Source: Octopus bimaculoides
Lineage: Eukaryota
Direction of reading: 5' to 3'
DNA: 64,000 nt
Assembly: GCF_001194135.2 (NCBI RefSeq)
Contig: NC_068990.1
Span: forward strand, 13,666,975-13,730,974
The translations under genes and the position numbers were made by a program. The stretch's first letter is position 1. Every line of letters begins with the position of its first letter. This document shows, piece after piece, positions 1-13,131 of this stretch. The notes beneath the pieces are model-generated. The model had not been told where the DNA came from and ran no database searches. It was given only the letters and a program-made list of their open reading frames with translations.

Positions 1-31
<31 letters not shown>

Positions 32-1621
32 TACACGCATGCATATAAAAATGCATATACAAACGTTATTTCTTTGTATAATTTCTAACAATTTTATCCA
101 ACGTTCGTTTTTATCATAATTAGCGGCTCTCTTGAACTCTTTATGCAAAAGGAATTAAACGTAATGCAACCGCTTATTAGTTGAAAAATTCCGGCTATTG
201 TTATCAGAAGTTTCAGATAAGCTATTGCACAACCACTGTAATCACTACCAAAATCAAAAGAATGCGCTCTAGGCATACAGACGTCGTATGTGTATGAAGA
301 TGTTTGTGATGGGAAATCTCAGAGTTACATCGGTGTCAGAATAATTTCTGTTTCCATTGGGTGTAGAAGTACTGAATTGTATTAAATTCGGTCGCTACGA
401 CTGAATTACCTTGTGCATATGTGTACATAGTAGAAGCCATTTATCATAATTACAGTTAATATTAGCAAAGGGTAGTTGTTAATCTTATGTTAATAAAATG
501 TTGTCACGAGATTCCTTAATATGATTTAGATATATAGAAGTGAGTTGACTTTGTTAGTGTCCACCGTATTTTCATAAAGCCTTAAATGAATATCTACAAA
601 AGAATATATGTTCGTGATCTCGCACTGAAACTGTGCATAACATATTTTGAGAACTTGGAATCAAACTTCCCTCAAATTGTATACATTTTCTTAGGAGAAA
701 ACAGATCGCGCAGAGTATGGAGATGCTGGGACTAAGCTTTTTCTTCCTCGCTCTCACTATCTATGTCTGAAATAGCATAAAACACACTCACACGCACACA
801 CTACACCACACCACACCACACACAGACATAGACGCGCGCTCACAAATGCACACACAGAAAAGATTGGAATATAGAGAGATGGAGGAGTTTGACTGTGATT
901 AAGGCGGTAGTATGTTTGTGAAATCAAAATTATTTTTTTCTCCGTTTCTTTTGCGTCTTTGTTTCTTTCATCTTATCTCTCCCTTTCTCTCTTTCTCATA
1001 TTTTCCGTCTCTCACTCTCTTTCACACTCTCTCTCTCTCTCTCTCTCTCTTACTCGAACAATGGAATAGGGAGACAGATGGAATGAGATAGAAAGAGTTA
1101 GAGAATGAGAGAGCGAGAGCATTCATTGAGTAACACATTTCAATAACAACGTTCTTTGCAAAATCTTTCTTCAATGAAGTATTAATGTAATTTTTATTGG
1201 ATTCAATTTCAAAAGTTGTACGGCGTAGAATTCGTACTGCAACACCTCAAAATACCTCTGTCGGCTTTAATTACTAAGCAATGAATATTAAAGGCATCAT
1301 GGGGCCTCGATTTTGAAAGCACAGCTGAGATCTCTAAGATGTATTTCATATCAAAGATTTTCACTCAACAAAAGCATCTGGATCAAAACCTGCAACGGTC
1401 TTAATTCTTGGTGACGTTCTTTTACGCAACGCTTACAATAATTTTCATTTCCTAAATTGTACAATCTTGTAAAAGAATGCAGATTTGCATTTACAGCAAT
1501 ATTCAAAAATATACCCGAATGTTAATAAAATATTGCTTTCAAATGTTGGTAAAATGCCACAAATTTCGTGGGCAGGTTAAATCGGTTACGTCAACTTCAG
1601 TATTCATCTGCTACTTGTCTT

Positions 1622-1852
1622 ATTTATTTATTGCTCACAAGGGGCTACACATAGAGGGGACAAACAAGGATAGACAAAGTGATTAAGTCGATCACATCGA
1701 CCCCAGTGCGTAACTGGTACTTAATTTATCGACCCCGAAAGGATGAAAGGCAAAGTCGACCTCGGCGGAAATTGAACTCAGAACGTAACGGCAAACGAAA
1801 TACCTCTAAGCATTTCGCCCGGCGTGCTAACGATTCTGCCAGCTCGCCGCCT
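1622..1852 (-). mobile_element. tRNA-derived SINE, family B, full length, tail type 1
   Basis: Minus strand starts GGCGGCGAGCTGGCAGAATCGTTAG (A-box-like), has GAGTTCAATTTCC (B-box-like), central GTCGACTTTGCCTTTCATCCTTTCGGGGTCGATAAATTAAGTACCAGT and tail ...CCCCTTGTGAGCAATAAATAAAT; closely similar to copies at 10942 and 46551. Confidence 0.9.
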
Positions 1853-1893
1853 ATTGCTATATCTGCTACTTATCTCATCGACCCCTAACCTAT

Positions 1894-1955
1894 CCAAGAC
1901 TTGTGAGCGTATTTGGTAAATGGTAGTTAAAAGAAACTCCTTGTATGTATATCTG
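1894..1955 (+). mobile_element. family A SINE internal fragment
   Basis: CCAAGACTTGTGAGCGTATTTGGTAAATGG resembles A body CCAAAGCCTTGTGAGTGGATTTGGTAGACGG; followed by GT/TA microsatellite as in A copies. Confidence 0.45.
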
Positions 1956-1964
1956 CGTGTTTAT

Positions 1965-2189
<225 letters not shown>

Positions 2190-2254
2190 TAATAGTAATG
2201 GCAAGACAACAAAAGAATGAAAGATACCTCGGTATTATGTAAATAGAGGTATTT

Positions 2255-2416
2255 ATCTGTAATATAATATGTGACAAATTATTCGGTTGTTATAATAAGA
2301 CTCCGAGGATTGCCTCGATAACTGAAGAGATGTGGGAGGAGGCTTCCGCCCCGACATCCGAAACTTGGAGTCTTATTATGGCAACCGAATAATTTGTCAC
2401 ATATTATATCACAGAT
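2255..2416. mobile_element. short fold-back element with about 50-bp inverted arms
   Basis: 2255-2304 is the reverse complement of 2367-2416 with 3 mismatches; 62-nt spacer contains CTGAAGA...CGAAAC. Confidence 0.75.
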
Positions 2417-2492
2417 ATATATGTATATACATATAATTCGTGCGTGAGTGATTTCGCGAATGTGTGTGTGTGTGACTGTGTGTATGTATATG

Positions 2493-2524
<32 letters not shown>

Positions 2525-3216
2525 TATNNNNNNNNNNNNNNNNNNNNNNNNNNNNNNNNNNNNNNNNNNNNNNNNNNNNNNNNNNNNNNNNNNNNNNNNN
2601 NNNNNNNNNNNNNNNNNNNNNNNNNNNNNNNNNNNNNNNNNNNNNNNNNNNNNNNNNNNNNNNNNNNNNNNNNNNNNNNNNNNNNNNNNNNNNNNNNNNN
2701 NNNNNNNNNNNNNNNNNNNNNNNNNNNNNNNNNNNNNNNNNNNNNNNNNNNNNNNNNNNNNNNNNNNNNNNNNNNNNNNNNNNNNNNNNNNNNNNNNNNN
2801 NNNNNNNNNNNNNNNNNNNNNNNNNNNNNNNNNNNNNNNNNNNNNNNNNNNNNNNNNNNNNNNNNNNNNNNNNNNNNNNNNNNNNNNNNNNNNNNNNNNN
2901 NNNNNNNNNNNNNNNNNNNNNNNNNNNNNNNNNNNNNNNNNNNNNNNNNNNNNNNNNNNNNNNNNNNNNNNNNNNNNNNNNNNNNNNNNNNNNNNNNNNN
3001 NNNNNNNNNNNNNNNNNNNNNNNNNNNNNNNNNNNNNNNNNNNNNNNNNNNNNNNNNNNNNNNNNNNNNNNNNNNNNNNNNNNNNNNNNNNNNNNNNNNN
3101 NNNNNNNNNNNNNNNNNNNNNNNNNNNNNNNNNNNNNNNNNNNNNNNNNNNNNNNNNNNNNNNNNNNNNNNNNNNNNNNNNNNNNNNNNNNNNNNNNNNN
3201 NNNNNNNNNNNNNNNN

Positions 3217-3504
3217 ATTCTATCGGTCTCTTTTGCCGACCCGCTAAGTTACGGGGACGTAAACACACCAGTATCGGTTGTCAAGCGATGTTGGGGGGAC
3301 AAACACAGACACACAAACACACGCATACACATATATGTAAACATATATACGACGGGCTTCTTTCAGTTTCCGTCTACCAAATCCACTCACAAGGCTATGG
3401 TCGGCCCGAGGCTATAGTAGAAGACACTTGCCCAATGTGCCACGCAGTGGCACTGAACCTGGAACTATGTGGTTGGTAAGCAAGCTACTTACCACACAGC
3501 CACT
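3217..3504 (-). mobile_element. family A SINE, 3' part lost in gap
   Basis: Reverse complement matches 16133-16430: GTGGCTGTGTGGTAAGTAGCTTG...GGCAAGTGTCTTCTACTATAGCCTCGGG...GAAACTGAAAGAAGCCCGTCG. Confidence 0.9.
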
Positions 3505-4869
3505 AAAAAAAGACAAAATAAAAGCGGAGAAGGAATCACCCAAGCATTATCTTCCTGGTCGTTACTATTGTATTGCCCAACATGACCATCATTATCCTCA
3601 TTATCATTATATCCGCCGTCATCGTTATGGTAACGCTGTGGAATGACTGACTGCATAAAATGGTAGACTGGCAACGTCGAAAGGCTATCGGAGAAAATAC
3701 CTGACGGTTCTTAGTTTCGCCAATTTATTTTGTGACTGTAAAACCCACTGAGGTCGAATTTCTCCTTTTCATTTATATCAGTAGTCATTATAAAATACGT
3801 ACCCATCAAGTACTGTGGCCGTTATAAGAAACGGTTATTCAAAGTACTTGACTACGCACTGATGTTGGAAATCAATCCTGTTTAAGACTGCCTGAATACG
3901 ACAAACGTGTTTGTGGGATTTTCTTTCTAAACAATTCCAAATATTATAGTGGTAGAAGGATTGGTTGGACCCTGACGTGAACCTTTCCCCCTACTTCCCT
4001 TCAACTTAACCGAGTCTGCGAGAAAAGGGAGACAGCCGGACGAATAGGTCGACATTGGAATGGAAAATAGAAAGGAAAGTTTGATAGCGAGGATAAACGG
4101 CACGAGTACTTAAGTGGTACTCTCTAGGGCTCGAAATATGGAGCGTAAACTTGACCTTGGTGGTAGGATTTGAACAGCCCTGTGTTTTTAAACAGGACTA
4201 ACTTGAATAGCGATGCATTCTCTCCGACGTTGTAAGGATTCTTTCATTTCTCTGCTTTTTGTGTATCACAATCGATTATATCAACCCAGTGCGTTATTAT
4301 TACATATTTGATCAGCTGTGCACTGATGAAACGCAATGCAAACCCAAATATAATGGGAAATGGGACATAGCTAATTACTGTTTCAGTTGAGAGCTGACTA
4401 TTTACTAATCACAGATTGGCACATGGATAGCTCATTTCTTTCAATGTTAGGGCCAGATCATCCTTGATTATAGCGAAACTATGAACAAAATGTGTTCAAG
4501 TCGTGATTATCTTGTCTTGTTTATCGTGGACACTGTTTTCTTTTCAATATAGTAAGCTTTAATTATTTGACGGAGATTTGAGTGTTAATCGTAGGAGCCT
4601 CCTTCGTTGATGATTTTAAGAAAAATACGTGAACTGGGAAGGAGTTTTAATGGACAGCTAATTTAAGAAAGAACTTTGGGTGTAGTGTCTGGGTCTGTGG
4701 CTCAGTGTAGAGAACAGATGGTTCAAAGGTAAGCTGGTACATCGGGTTGATTTAAACAATTGCAGTACACACTTTTACTTAGTTCAGAAAAGAAAAAAGT
4801 AAGATTGAAGTTCATACAGTTCGTGAGTGGATTAGTGATTGTAGTGTGTTGACGAGTGAAGGTTATTGG

Positions 4870-6210
4870 AATTTAAACGGCGTCAGGAGCTATTTGCAGC
4901 TGTTACAAAAGCTCCAATATTATACAGGAATCCAATTCACCGATACCGACGACGAATATATATTAATACAACTTGCAAAGCAGAAAGAATTGGTGATATA
5001 GAAGTGAGCAAATCAATGTACTTGAAAAGCATTCAAATCAGAACGAAAAACGAATATTTTGGTTGTTGAAAAACATTAAACTTACACGTCAAAAGCATAC
5101 GTGTCATCATCACATTTTCAATGCCAGCTTTTACGCGTAACTCCGTGGGTCGAGAGAGAATGAAATTCTTTAGACTGTTATATGAGAAATCTATTAGAAT
5201 AATACACTAAATGCAAAACCTTAAGTCTCCCATCACTAGAAGAGAGGGTGATAAAGAACGGTTCAGTGTAGATAGAAAGATTAGAAAATCATTAATATTG
5301 ACATTAGTTTTTCAACTGCTACGTGTCCTTGTTGATTATTAAAACAAAAAATGTCAAACGTAAGAAAATTCTTCATACGAGAAATTCGTGTATATTTCGA
5401 ACAGCTAAAGTTTGAATTTAAAGATACAGCAAAACGGATTTACTGACAGCACTTACTCAACTGTGGTGAACAACTATAAAAGTTTGACTGTACATAGCTA
5501 ATACATCTACTAGCTAAACGCCACCTACATTAAAATACAAACTCCGGTCTGTATGCGAAATTTCAGTCTGAATCGGTTGAAGGAGAGAACAATATTTGTG
5601 ATACAAGAGCAACCTATGATCACTGTTATATTAAAGTGACTAACCACAGCTCCTACATTATAAATAGTTAATATCACTAGTACTGAGTATTTATGGAGAC
5701 AATGAACCGCTTTATAACAGGATATTTCAAACTATCTCTAACAAAATATACATGAAAACGTAATAATGTAATAAAATTAATTGAGATACAAATAGTCAAC
5801 ATAAATGAAATGCTTCATGACAAAAACCGCTTGTTATACGTTTGAACCTCCGACTGTCATAGAAAATAATAACAATGCCAAAACACTATGGAACTTCAAC
5901 ATACGAAAAGAGCAAAAGTTAGTGCATAATGAATCTGATATCATTCTCCAAGACAAAAATCATAATAGCAAATTAATTATTCACATAATAATCCAAAATC
6001 ACTATAAGACGTATAGAAGAGAGCCGAAAAACAAAGAACTTACATCGGTGCAGCTGGTGAAATCATGAAGTTATCGTCCCGTTTGTAATTATCATAGCAA
6101 CACTGCAACAATGCCATTTCTTTAAGGACATTAGTAAATTTCCTATATAGGACTATAAGCGCTTTTATACACTATCGTTTTTACGGTATGAGAACACTTT
6201 AAATAGTGTT
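4870..6210 (+). mobile_element. decayed Dong/R4-clade LINE, 3' part (RT end to restriction-like endonuclease)
   Basis: ORF 5805-6068 reads VIENNNNAKTLWNFNIRKEQKLVHNESDIILQDK, matching the R4 motif ENxxxKILWDFxIQTD...HNRPDII; upstream LKERTIFVIQEQ resembles LKGETEGFIIAAQDQ; many stops and frameshifts; 5' boundary uncertain. Confidence 0.65.
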
Positions 6211-6365
6211 ATAACACGTGTATGCATGGTCTCCAGCTGAACCAAACCGTTGTACAAAGGATTGCATAAACTCTGGAGATCATTCATGCTTTTCATTTTT
6301 CAAACAATGAATAATGAGGATGAAAATAACGTAATGAGGATGATGATAATAACACTACTATTAAT

Positions 6366-6687
6366 TGCTTCAAATTTTGAAACAAGGCCAGTAATTTTAG
6401 CGTGGGAGATACGTCGTTTACATCGACTGCAGTCCTCAAAAGTACCTATATTATTTTATCAACTCCAAAAGAATTAACAGCAAAGTCAACCTCGAGGAAA
6501 GTTGAATTCAGTATGCAAAGACGAAATGCCGGCAAGTATTTTGTCCGAATGGGTAAGGATTCTGCCAGGTCGCTGTAAAGAGCCGGAAGAAATACCGCAG
6601 ATCGCAGATTATTTGCTTCCGATGCAATAAAGATTCCTTCAGGTCACATTTCGTCCAGCATACTAGCGACTCTGCCAGCTCACCACC

Positions 6688-6688
<1 letters not shown>
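6366..6688 (-). mobile_element. diverged family B SINE
   Basis: ACAAGGCCAGTAATTT, CAAAGTCAACCTCG, TTGAATTCAG and TCTGCCAGCTCACCACCT occur in B order, with an extra internal segment. Confidence 0.55.
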
Positions 6689-6822
<134 letters not shown>

Positions 6823-7270
6823 CAACAGCAATCAGCAGCAGCAGAAATGTATTGAGAGCTTCTTTTCTTCATACGTTAATAGTTTAGAAAAATATATTTA
6901 CATTCTTGCCTAACCTACGAGGGCTTTGCTATATTCAAATTCATTACATTTCGAATTTATTCTGTGTTGTGTATAAATATTGTTTAATTACGAGCCTTCA
7001 AACGTACAAATATACGAAATGGGCTATGAATCGTGGTGTTAACGTCATTCATGTTTGTTTTATATAGATGCTAACCTGTACTCTTGAAAAAGGAAAGAAA
7101 TGGATACGTCTTCTCCGAGAAATGGTCAACAAGCCATGAAACGGTCCGTGGCAAACTCCCTATGTTTTTAAAAGAATAGGCTTACATTCTTATTTATCAC
7201 AGAGTGAAGCTTTGTAATATTTGAATTCATTGAATTCCATCGGATTTATGCAAAGGTATTAAATAAAATG

Positions 7271-7488
7271 TTACTCTTTTACTTGTTTCAGTCATTTGAC
7301 TGTGGCCATGCTGGGGAACCGCCTTTAGTCGAGCAAATCAACCCCAGGACTTATTCTTTGTAAGCCCAGTACTTATTCTATCGGTCTTTTTGGCCGAACC
7401 GCTAAGTGATGAGGATGTAAACACACTAGCATCGGTTGTCAAGCGATGCTGGGGGGACAAATACAGACACACAAACATATACACATAC

Positions 7489-7531
<43 letters not shown>

Positions 7532-7686
7532 TGCGACGGGCTTCTTTCAGCTTTCGTCTACCAAATGCACTCAAAAGGCTTTGGTTGGCCCTAGGCTGCA
7601 GTAGAAGACACTTGCTCAAGGTGCCACACAGTGGAAATGAACCCGAGACCATGTGGTCGGTATGCAAGCTACTTACCACACAGACT
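7271..7686 (-). mobile_element. family A SINE, full length
   Basis: Reverse complement matches 16133-16529 throughout, including internal TA/TACA tract and tail GACTGAAACAAGTAAAAGAGTAA. Confidence 0.92.
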
Positions 7687-7697
7687 ATGTTAGTAAT

Positions 7698-7923
7698 ACT
7701 TTTTACTCTAGGAACAAGGTCTGAGATTTGGCTGGAGAGTTATAGTAACTGATACTTGATTTATCGATTCTGAAAGAATGAAAGGCAAATTTGACCTCGG
7801 CGGCGATTGAACTTACAACGTAGAAACTTTGCCTTTCATCCTTTCAGGGTCGATAAATTAAGTACCAGTCAAAGACTGGCCACCTCCCCCAAAATTTCGG
7901 GCCTTGTGCCTATATTAGAAAAT
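7698..7923. mobile_element. two 5'-truncated family B SINEs fused head-to-head
   Basis: 7698-7824 is B on minus; 7826-7923 is B on plus (ACTTTGCCTTTCATCCTTTCAGGGTCGATAAATTAAGTACCAG...GGGCCTTGTGCCTATATTAGAAAA). Confidence 0.85.
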
Positions 7924-7930
7924 ACATTTT

Positions 7931-8590
7931 TATGGAGAGATATCTATTAATTTCAAACTGCAAGGCCCTAAGCTCTTTCATAGTAGAATCCTCCGACTTC
8001 AATACACTTGCTGCAGTGCTCCAGCCACTTCATGAGTGCATCATGAACGTCTTCCAAATTGAGGTCATCTGGGACCCTTGTCACAGCCTTCATCGTCTTC
8101 AAAATGACTACATCTGAGGTTCTCCTTCAGCTTTGGGGTCAATCAAAAGTCACAGAGTCCAAAGTCTCGACTGGAGGTAAGGCGAGGAATAGTTTTGATG
8201 TCCAGCTCTGTCAAGTATTTCGTTACCAGAAATGCTTGTTACTGAGTACCCCGGGAACAAACTCGGCCCAAATTTTGCCTCAATTTTTCATAATTCTCTG
8301 TATAATAGCTACAACCAATTTTCTTCCCTAGCTCTGATGTACTGTCGTCCTTCTCTCTCCCAAACCTCTATCTCTTTACCACCATTGAACCTCATGTACT
8401 ACCGGAGAAGTTATTCCATACGCTGTGTAGAACATTTCACAATTCTTTGTAGCGTTTTGCCCAGTTAGACACGAATTTTAATGCATAGCTGCCTCTACAA
8501 CCTGGTCAGCTGTGACGCGCCGTAGTAGTAGGACGTGGTCAAAGTGATGCTATAGCCGTCCCCTTCAATCTGGAATGAAAATAGTTGGCA
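7931..8590 (-). mobile_element. decayed, internally deleted mariner transposon
   Basis: Minus frame reads LVTKYLTELDIKTIPRLTSSRDFGLCDF*LTPKLKENLRCSHFED, matching the mariner HPPYSPDLAPCDFWLFPKLK region. Confidence 0.8.
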
Positions 8591-9029
8591 ATTCAATTTA
8601 TTAGATGTATAGCTGTGATATACTACCACTACCACCATCTAGGACGGTTAGAACTGCTTCTCCTAAAAAGTCTCAAAACGTCTAGAATGCACCTTGTACG
8701 TACTTATAACAACCTTACGAGCAATTTGTTTCTGATTTACTCTAAGTTTCATCCAATACAGTCAGTTGGTCAATCTTAGTTTATTTTCACTGAACACAAA
8801 CGAGTGTGATATACAATTCGTAGTTACACCAGTGCAGCTAATGATATAAACAAAAGAAAATGGCTGCATCCGGAGATTGCATTAAAGTTGTTATTGCTTT
8901 GCCACAGGTCAGTGCTGATTGAACAGGGTATGATCAAAGGTATTCCGGCCGTGGCCATCGCATCGTTTGTGTTTATTACAGATTACATTTTTTTTTTTTT
9001 GCGTAACGTTTTGTATTTAAGACAGAAAC

Positions 9030-9607
9030 TATTGCGCGATTTGGTAAAGAAACTCGCTTTGCAACATGTGGTTTCGGGTTCAATCTCACTGCGCGTTATT
9101 CTAGGTACGTGACTTCAACTATAAATCCGGATTAACCAATGGATTATGAATGAATTTTGTAGACGGAAACTTTGTGGAAGTCCGTTCTATGTGTGTGGGT
9201 GTGTTATTTCATTACTACCCACAAGGGGCTACAAACAGAGGGGACAAACAAGGATAGACAAACGGATTAAGTCGATTATATCGACCCCAGTGCATAACTG
9301 GTACTTATTTAATCGACCCCGAAAGGATGAAAGGCAAAGTCGACCTCGGTGGAATTTGAACTCAGAACGTAGCGGCAGACGAAATACCTATTTCGTTATT
9401 GCCCACAAGGGGCTAAACATAGAGGGAACAAACAAGAACAGACGAACAGATTAAGTCGATTACATCGACTCCAGTGCGTGACTGGTACTTAATTTATCGA
9501 CCCTGAAAGAATNNNNNNNNNNNNNNNNNNNNNNNNNNNNNNNNNNNNNNNNNNNNNNNNNNNNNNNNNNNNNNNNNNNNNNNNNNNNNNNNNNNNNNNN
9601 NNNNNNN

Positions 9608-9669
<62 letters not shown>

Positions 9670-9880
9670 TGCTTATTTCCCTCCTTCCTAATACTGCTTC
9701 ACAACCTGTCTTGGCTTCTTGACGTCCCGGAAACTTAGCGATTCAGCAAAAGTTACGGACAGTATGAGATTAAAAGACATCAGTACTGGTATCGATTTAT
9801 TAGATTAACCCTTCAAGGCAGTGACCCCAGCATGGCTGTTGTCCAATTACTGAAGCAAGTAAAAGATTGGATAAAAGATA
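9030..9880 (+). mobile_element. old family A SINE interrupted by two tandem B copies and a gap
   Basis: A-like 5' half 9030-9204 and A-like 3' half 9608-9880 (...CCCCAGCATGGCTGTTGTCCAATTACTGAAGCAAGTAAAAGA). Confidence 0.65.
9205..9512 (-). mobile_element. two tandem family B SINEs, tail type 1
   Basis: 9205-9388 and 9389-9512 both show CCCACAAGGGGCTA...AAGTCGATTA..TCGAC.CCAGTGC; second copy runs into gap. Confidence 0.9.
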
Positions 9881-10215
9881 CTGCTATCTTCAAGGATCAT
9901 ATTAACACACCTGCGTTACCTCGTGTCTTCACCTCAGCTTTTAGCAGCTTACTTACATTTACTGTACATTATTGCAACATGTAAGATTGATCGACGGACA
10001 GAAATAAATTCCAAAATTAGTTAACTTGTTCTGATCTTACTGATTTATCTTCACAATGCCCTCCCTCGTAATCTCATAAATCGATAGAATACGAGAGAAT
10101 GGTGACTTTACATCTTGCGATCGATAAGCTATAAACAGCAGAGCCCAGTTTTTTTTCAAATCGCACCCTATTGTCTTAAACATAAAATGATGCATTCCAT
10201 AATGTAGTCTATGAT

Positions 10216-11180
10216 ACTTTCTTCTCTCTGCACAAGGCCTGAAATTTAGTAGGTAGGTGTTAGTTGAATACATTTAATTTTCAATTGGTACTTACTTTAT
10301 CAACTCCGAAATGATAGAGGACGAAGCGGAATTTGAATTCCGAACCTAAAACCAGTAGAAATGCCGTTAAGGATTTTGTCCAGCTCGCTGCCCTAAAAAT
10401 GTCGTCCATAATATCGGTTTCCAAATTTGGCACGAGGCCAGCAATTTCAGGGAAGGGAAAGGTCGATTACATCTATCCCAGTACTTGTCTGGTACCTATT
10501 TTATAGACTCCGAAAGGATGAAAAGTTAAATAATGTAGTCCATAGTATTCTTTACTACTCTAGAAAACAAGGCCCGAAATTTTGGAGGAGGGGGCCAGTC
10601 GATTAGATCGACTGGTACCTAATTTATCGACCCCGAAAAGATGAAAGGCAAAGTTGACCTCGGTCGAATTTGAACTCAGAGAACGTAAAGACAGACGAAA
10701 TTCTGCTAAGCATTTCGTCCGGCGTGCTAACGATTCTGCCGGCTCGCCGCCTCCTTATGGCAATATTATTATTTTCTACTCTAGGCACAAGACCCGAAAT
10801 TTGGGGGGAGGGGGCCAGTCGATTAGATTGTCCCAGTAAGCAGCTGGTACTTAATTTATCGACCCCGAAAAGATGAAAGGCAAAGCCGACCTCGGTGAAA
10901 TTTGAACTCAGAACGTAGACAGACGAAATACGGCTAAACTTTTCTTATTTCTTTATTGCCCACAAGGGGCTAAAAAACATAGAGGAGACAAACAAGGACA
11001 GACAAAAGGGTTAAGTCGATTACATCGACCCAAGTGCGTAACTGGTACTTAATTTATCGACCCCAAAAGGATGAAAGACAAAGTCGACTTCGGCGGAATT
11101 TGAACTCAAAACGTAACGGCAGACGAAATACCACTATGCATTTCGCCCGGCGTGCTAACGTTTCTACCAGCTCGATGCCT
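10216..11180 (-). mobile_element. five tandem family B SINEs
   Basis: Copies at about 10216-10393, 10409-10530, 10547-10752, 10770-10939 and 10942-11180, with different tails and divergence. Confidence 0.88.
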
Positions 11181-11215
11181 ATTCATTGTCCATAATACTA
11201 ATAGATGGAAGAATG

Positions 11216-11430
11216 TGGTGAACCGGCAGAATCGTTAGTACGCAGGATGAAATGTTTAGCAGAATTTCGTCCGTCTTTAAGTTCTGAGTTCAAATTCTGC
11301 TAAGATCGACTTTACCTTTCATCATTCCGATGTCGATGAAATAAATTCTAATTGAGCACCAGGATTGATATTACTGACTATCGCCCCTCCATAAACTTTC
11401 ACGTCTTGTACCTACAGTTGAAAGAATTAT
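11216..11430 (+). mobile_element. family B SINE
   Basis: GGCAGAATCGTTAG, GAGTTCAAATTC and GATCGACTTTACCTTTCATC in B order on plus. Confidence 0.8.
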
Positions 11431-12596
11431 GAAGAAACAATAAACAATATAAGGTTCCGAATAAGCACTCTACCACCCCCATCATTCTTTTTCTTTTCAA
11501 AAACTCCTACGGATTTCTATATGTTTATATTGGTGATTACAATTCACCTCGCCATGAAAGAAAAAAAATTGTTTTCATGTTTTCGCCGAAACCCAGCAAC
11601 TCCTACCCTGCTCTAGGGTACGCAACAGGCCGTAACTAATTTTCTGAATTATATTTTAAACATAGGAAATAACAATTACTGCAACGAAGATATTTTCAAA
11701 TTTGCATCTTATTTGTTGTTGTTCTTCTTCTTCTTTTTTGGTGTGGGGAGCATTTTGGCCCTTCAAGTCCTGTTCATAATAGAATACTTATTCCAAAACT
11801 TCCTCCCAATGCCCCTATATATTTAAGCGTAAAATCTAATCGAATTCTTGCTATGCTTCTCCCTCCCACTCTCCTCTCCCCTGTCTCACACACACACACA
11901 CACACACACAGAGGCACGCACGCACAATTCGTTCTTCTTTCTCTCTCTCTTTGCCTTTTTCGCTTCTTCTTTCTTCCCCCCCCATCTCCCTTTCTGTCAC
12001 GCTTTCATTGGATTTTGCATCCCCAAATTTCGAAAACCCAAACGACACACTCAAAAAGATATCAGAAAAAGACACCGGAAGAAGCAGTCTGATATTTACA
12101 TTAACCTCAACTCACACACACATACATACACACACACATACACTCACACACGCTCACACACACACAAACACAGGCAGACACTCTTTCTCTCTCTACCTGT
12201 ATCTCCTTCTCTCTCTTCCTCCCACCATCTGACTCCTCTCTCATCTTCTCCTCCTAATCTCTCTCACCCTATTCTCCCTCTTACACTCTGTCGTCCTCCT
12301 TCTCGCCCCCTGCCCTCCTTTCTCTCCTCCCTCTCTTCTCTTTCCCTGTCTCCCCCACCCTCTCTCAACCCACACACACACACACACACTTTCACTTTCA
12401 CTTTCAAACTCTGTACGACAATAACTAATTACGGAATCAAAGTACAATATCTGACATATTTATTTCGTCCAATCAAAACATATAAACGTTAAATTAGACT
12501 TCTTCTGTGAATCTAACAAGCAACGGAACGAAACCCTATTCAATAATAAGTCGGATCGAACCTGCTAGAAATAACAGTCAAACGATCCAGGACAAG

Positions 12597-12751
12597 CAGT
12601 GGCGTTGCTAGAGTGTATGATGTTGGGGCAGTATTTTTGTTTGCCGCCCCTATACAGGCTTATACAGCAGACTCATAAGTGCCACCTCCATAAAAGTTCC
12701 ACCCGGGGCGACGTACTCCATCATCTCTAGTCCTACTTAGCAACGTTACCT
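12597..12751. mobile_element. possible hAT-like MITE remnant
   Basis: CAGTGGCGTTGCTAG at left and imperfect complement TTAGCAACGTTACCT at right; GCCGCCCC and GGGGCGAC inside; no clear TSD. Confidence 0.3.
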
Positions 12752-12892
12752 AGTGCAGGAGCTTCTTGACATGCTAGAAATAACGACTGAATCTAATTGA
12801 AATCCTACTCTAAGGGTCTTAGAGAAGAGCACATTGGATCGTGAGGTCCCGAGTTCATGGCACAGAGGAAAAGACGGGAATGTCAGCTGGAA

Positions 12893-13017
12893 TGCCTGTG
12901 ACTGTGGGGTAAGAGGTTTGCTCCCCAACCACATAGATGCGGGTTCACTCCCATTGCGTAGCACCTTAGCCAATTGTCTTCTACTATTGCCTCTAGTCCA
13001 CTAGTGCCTTCCGAGTG

Positions 13018-13075
<58 letters not shown>

Positions 13076-13096
13076 AATATATATACAGATGAGTGC

Positions 13097-13131
<35 letters not shown>

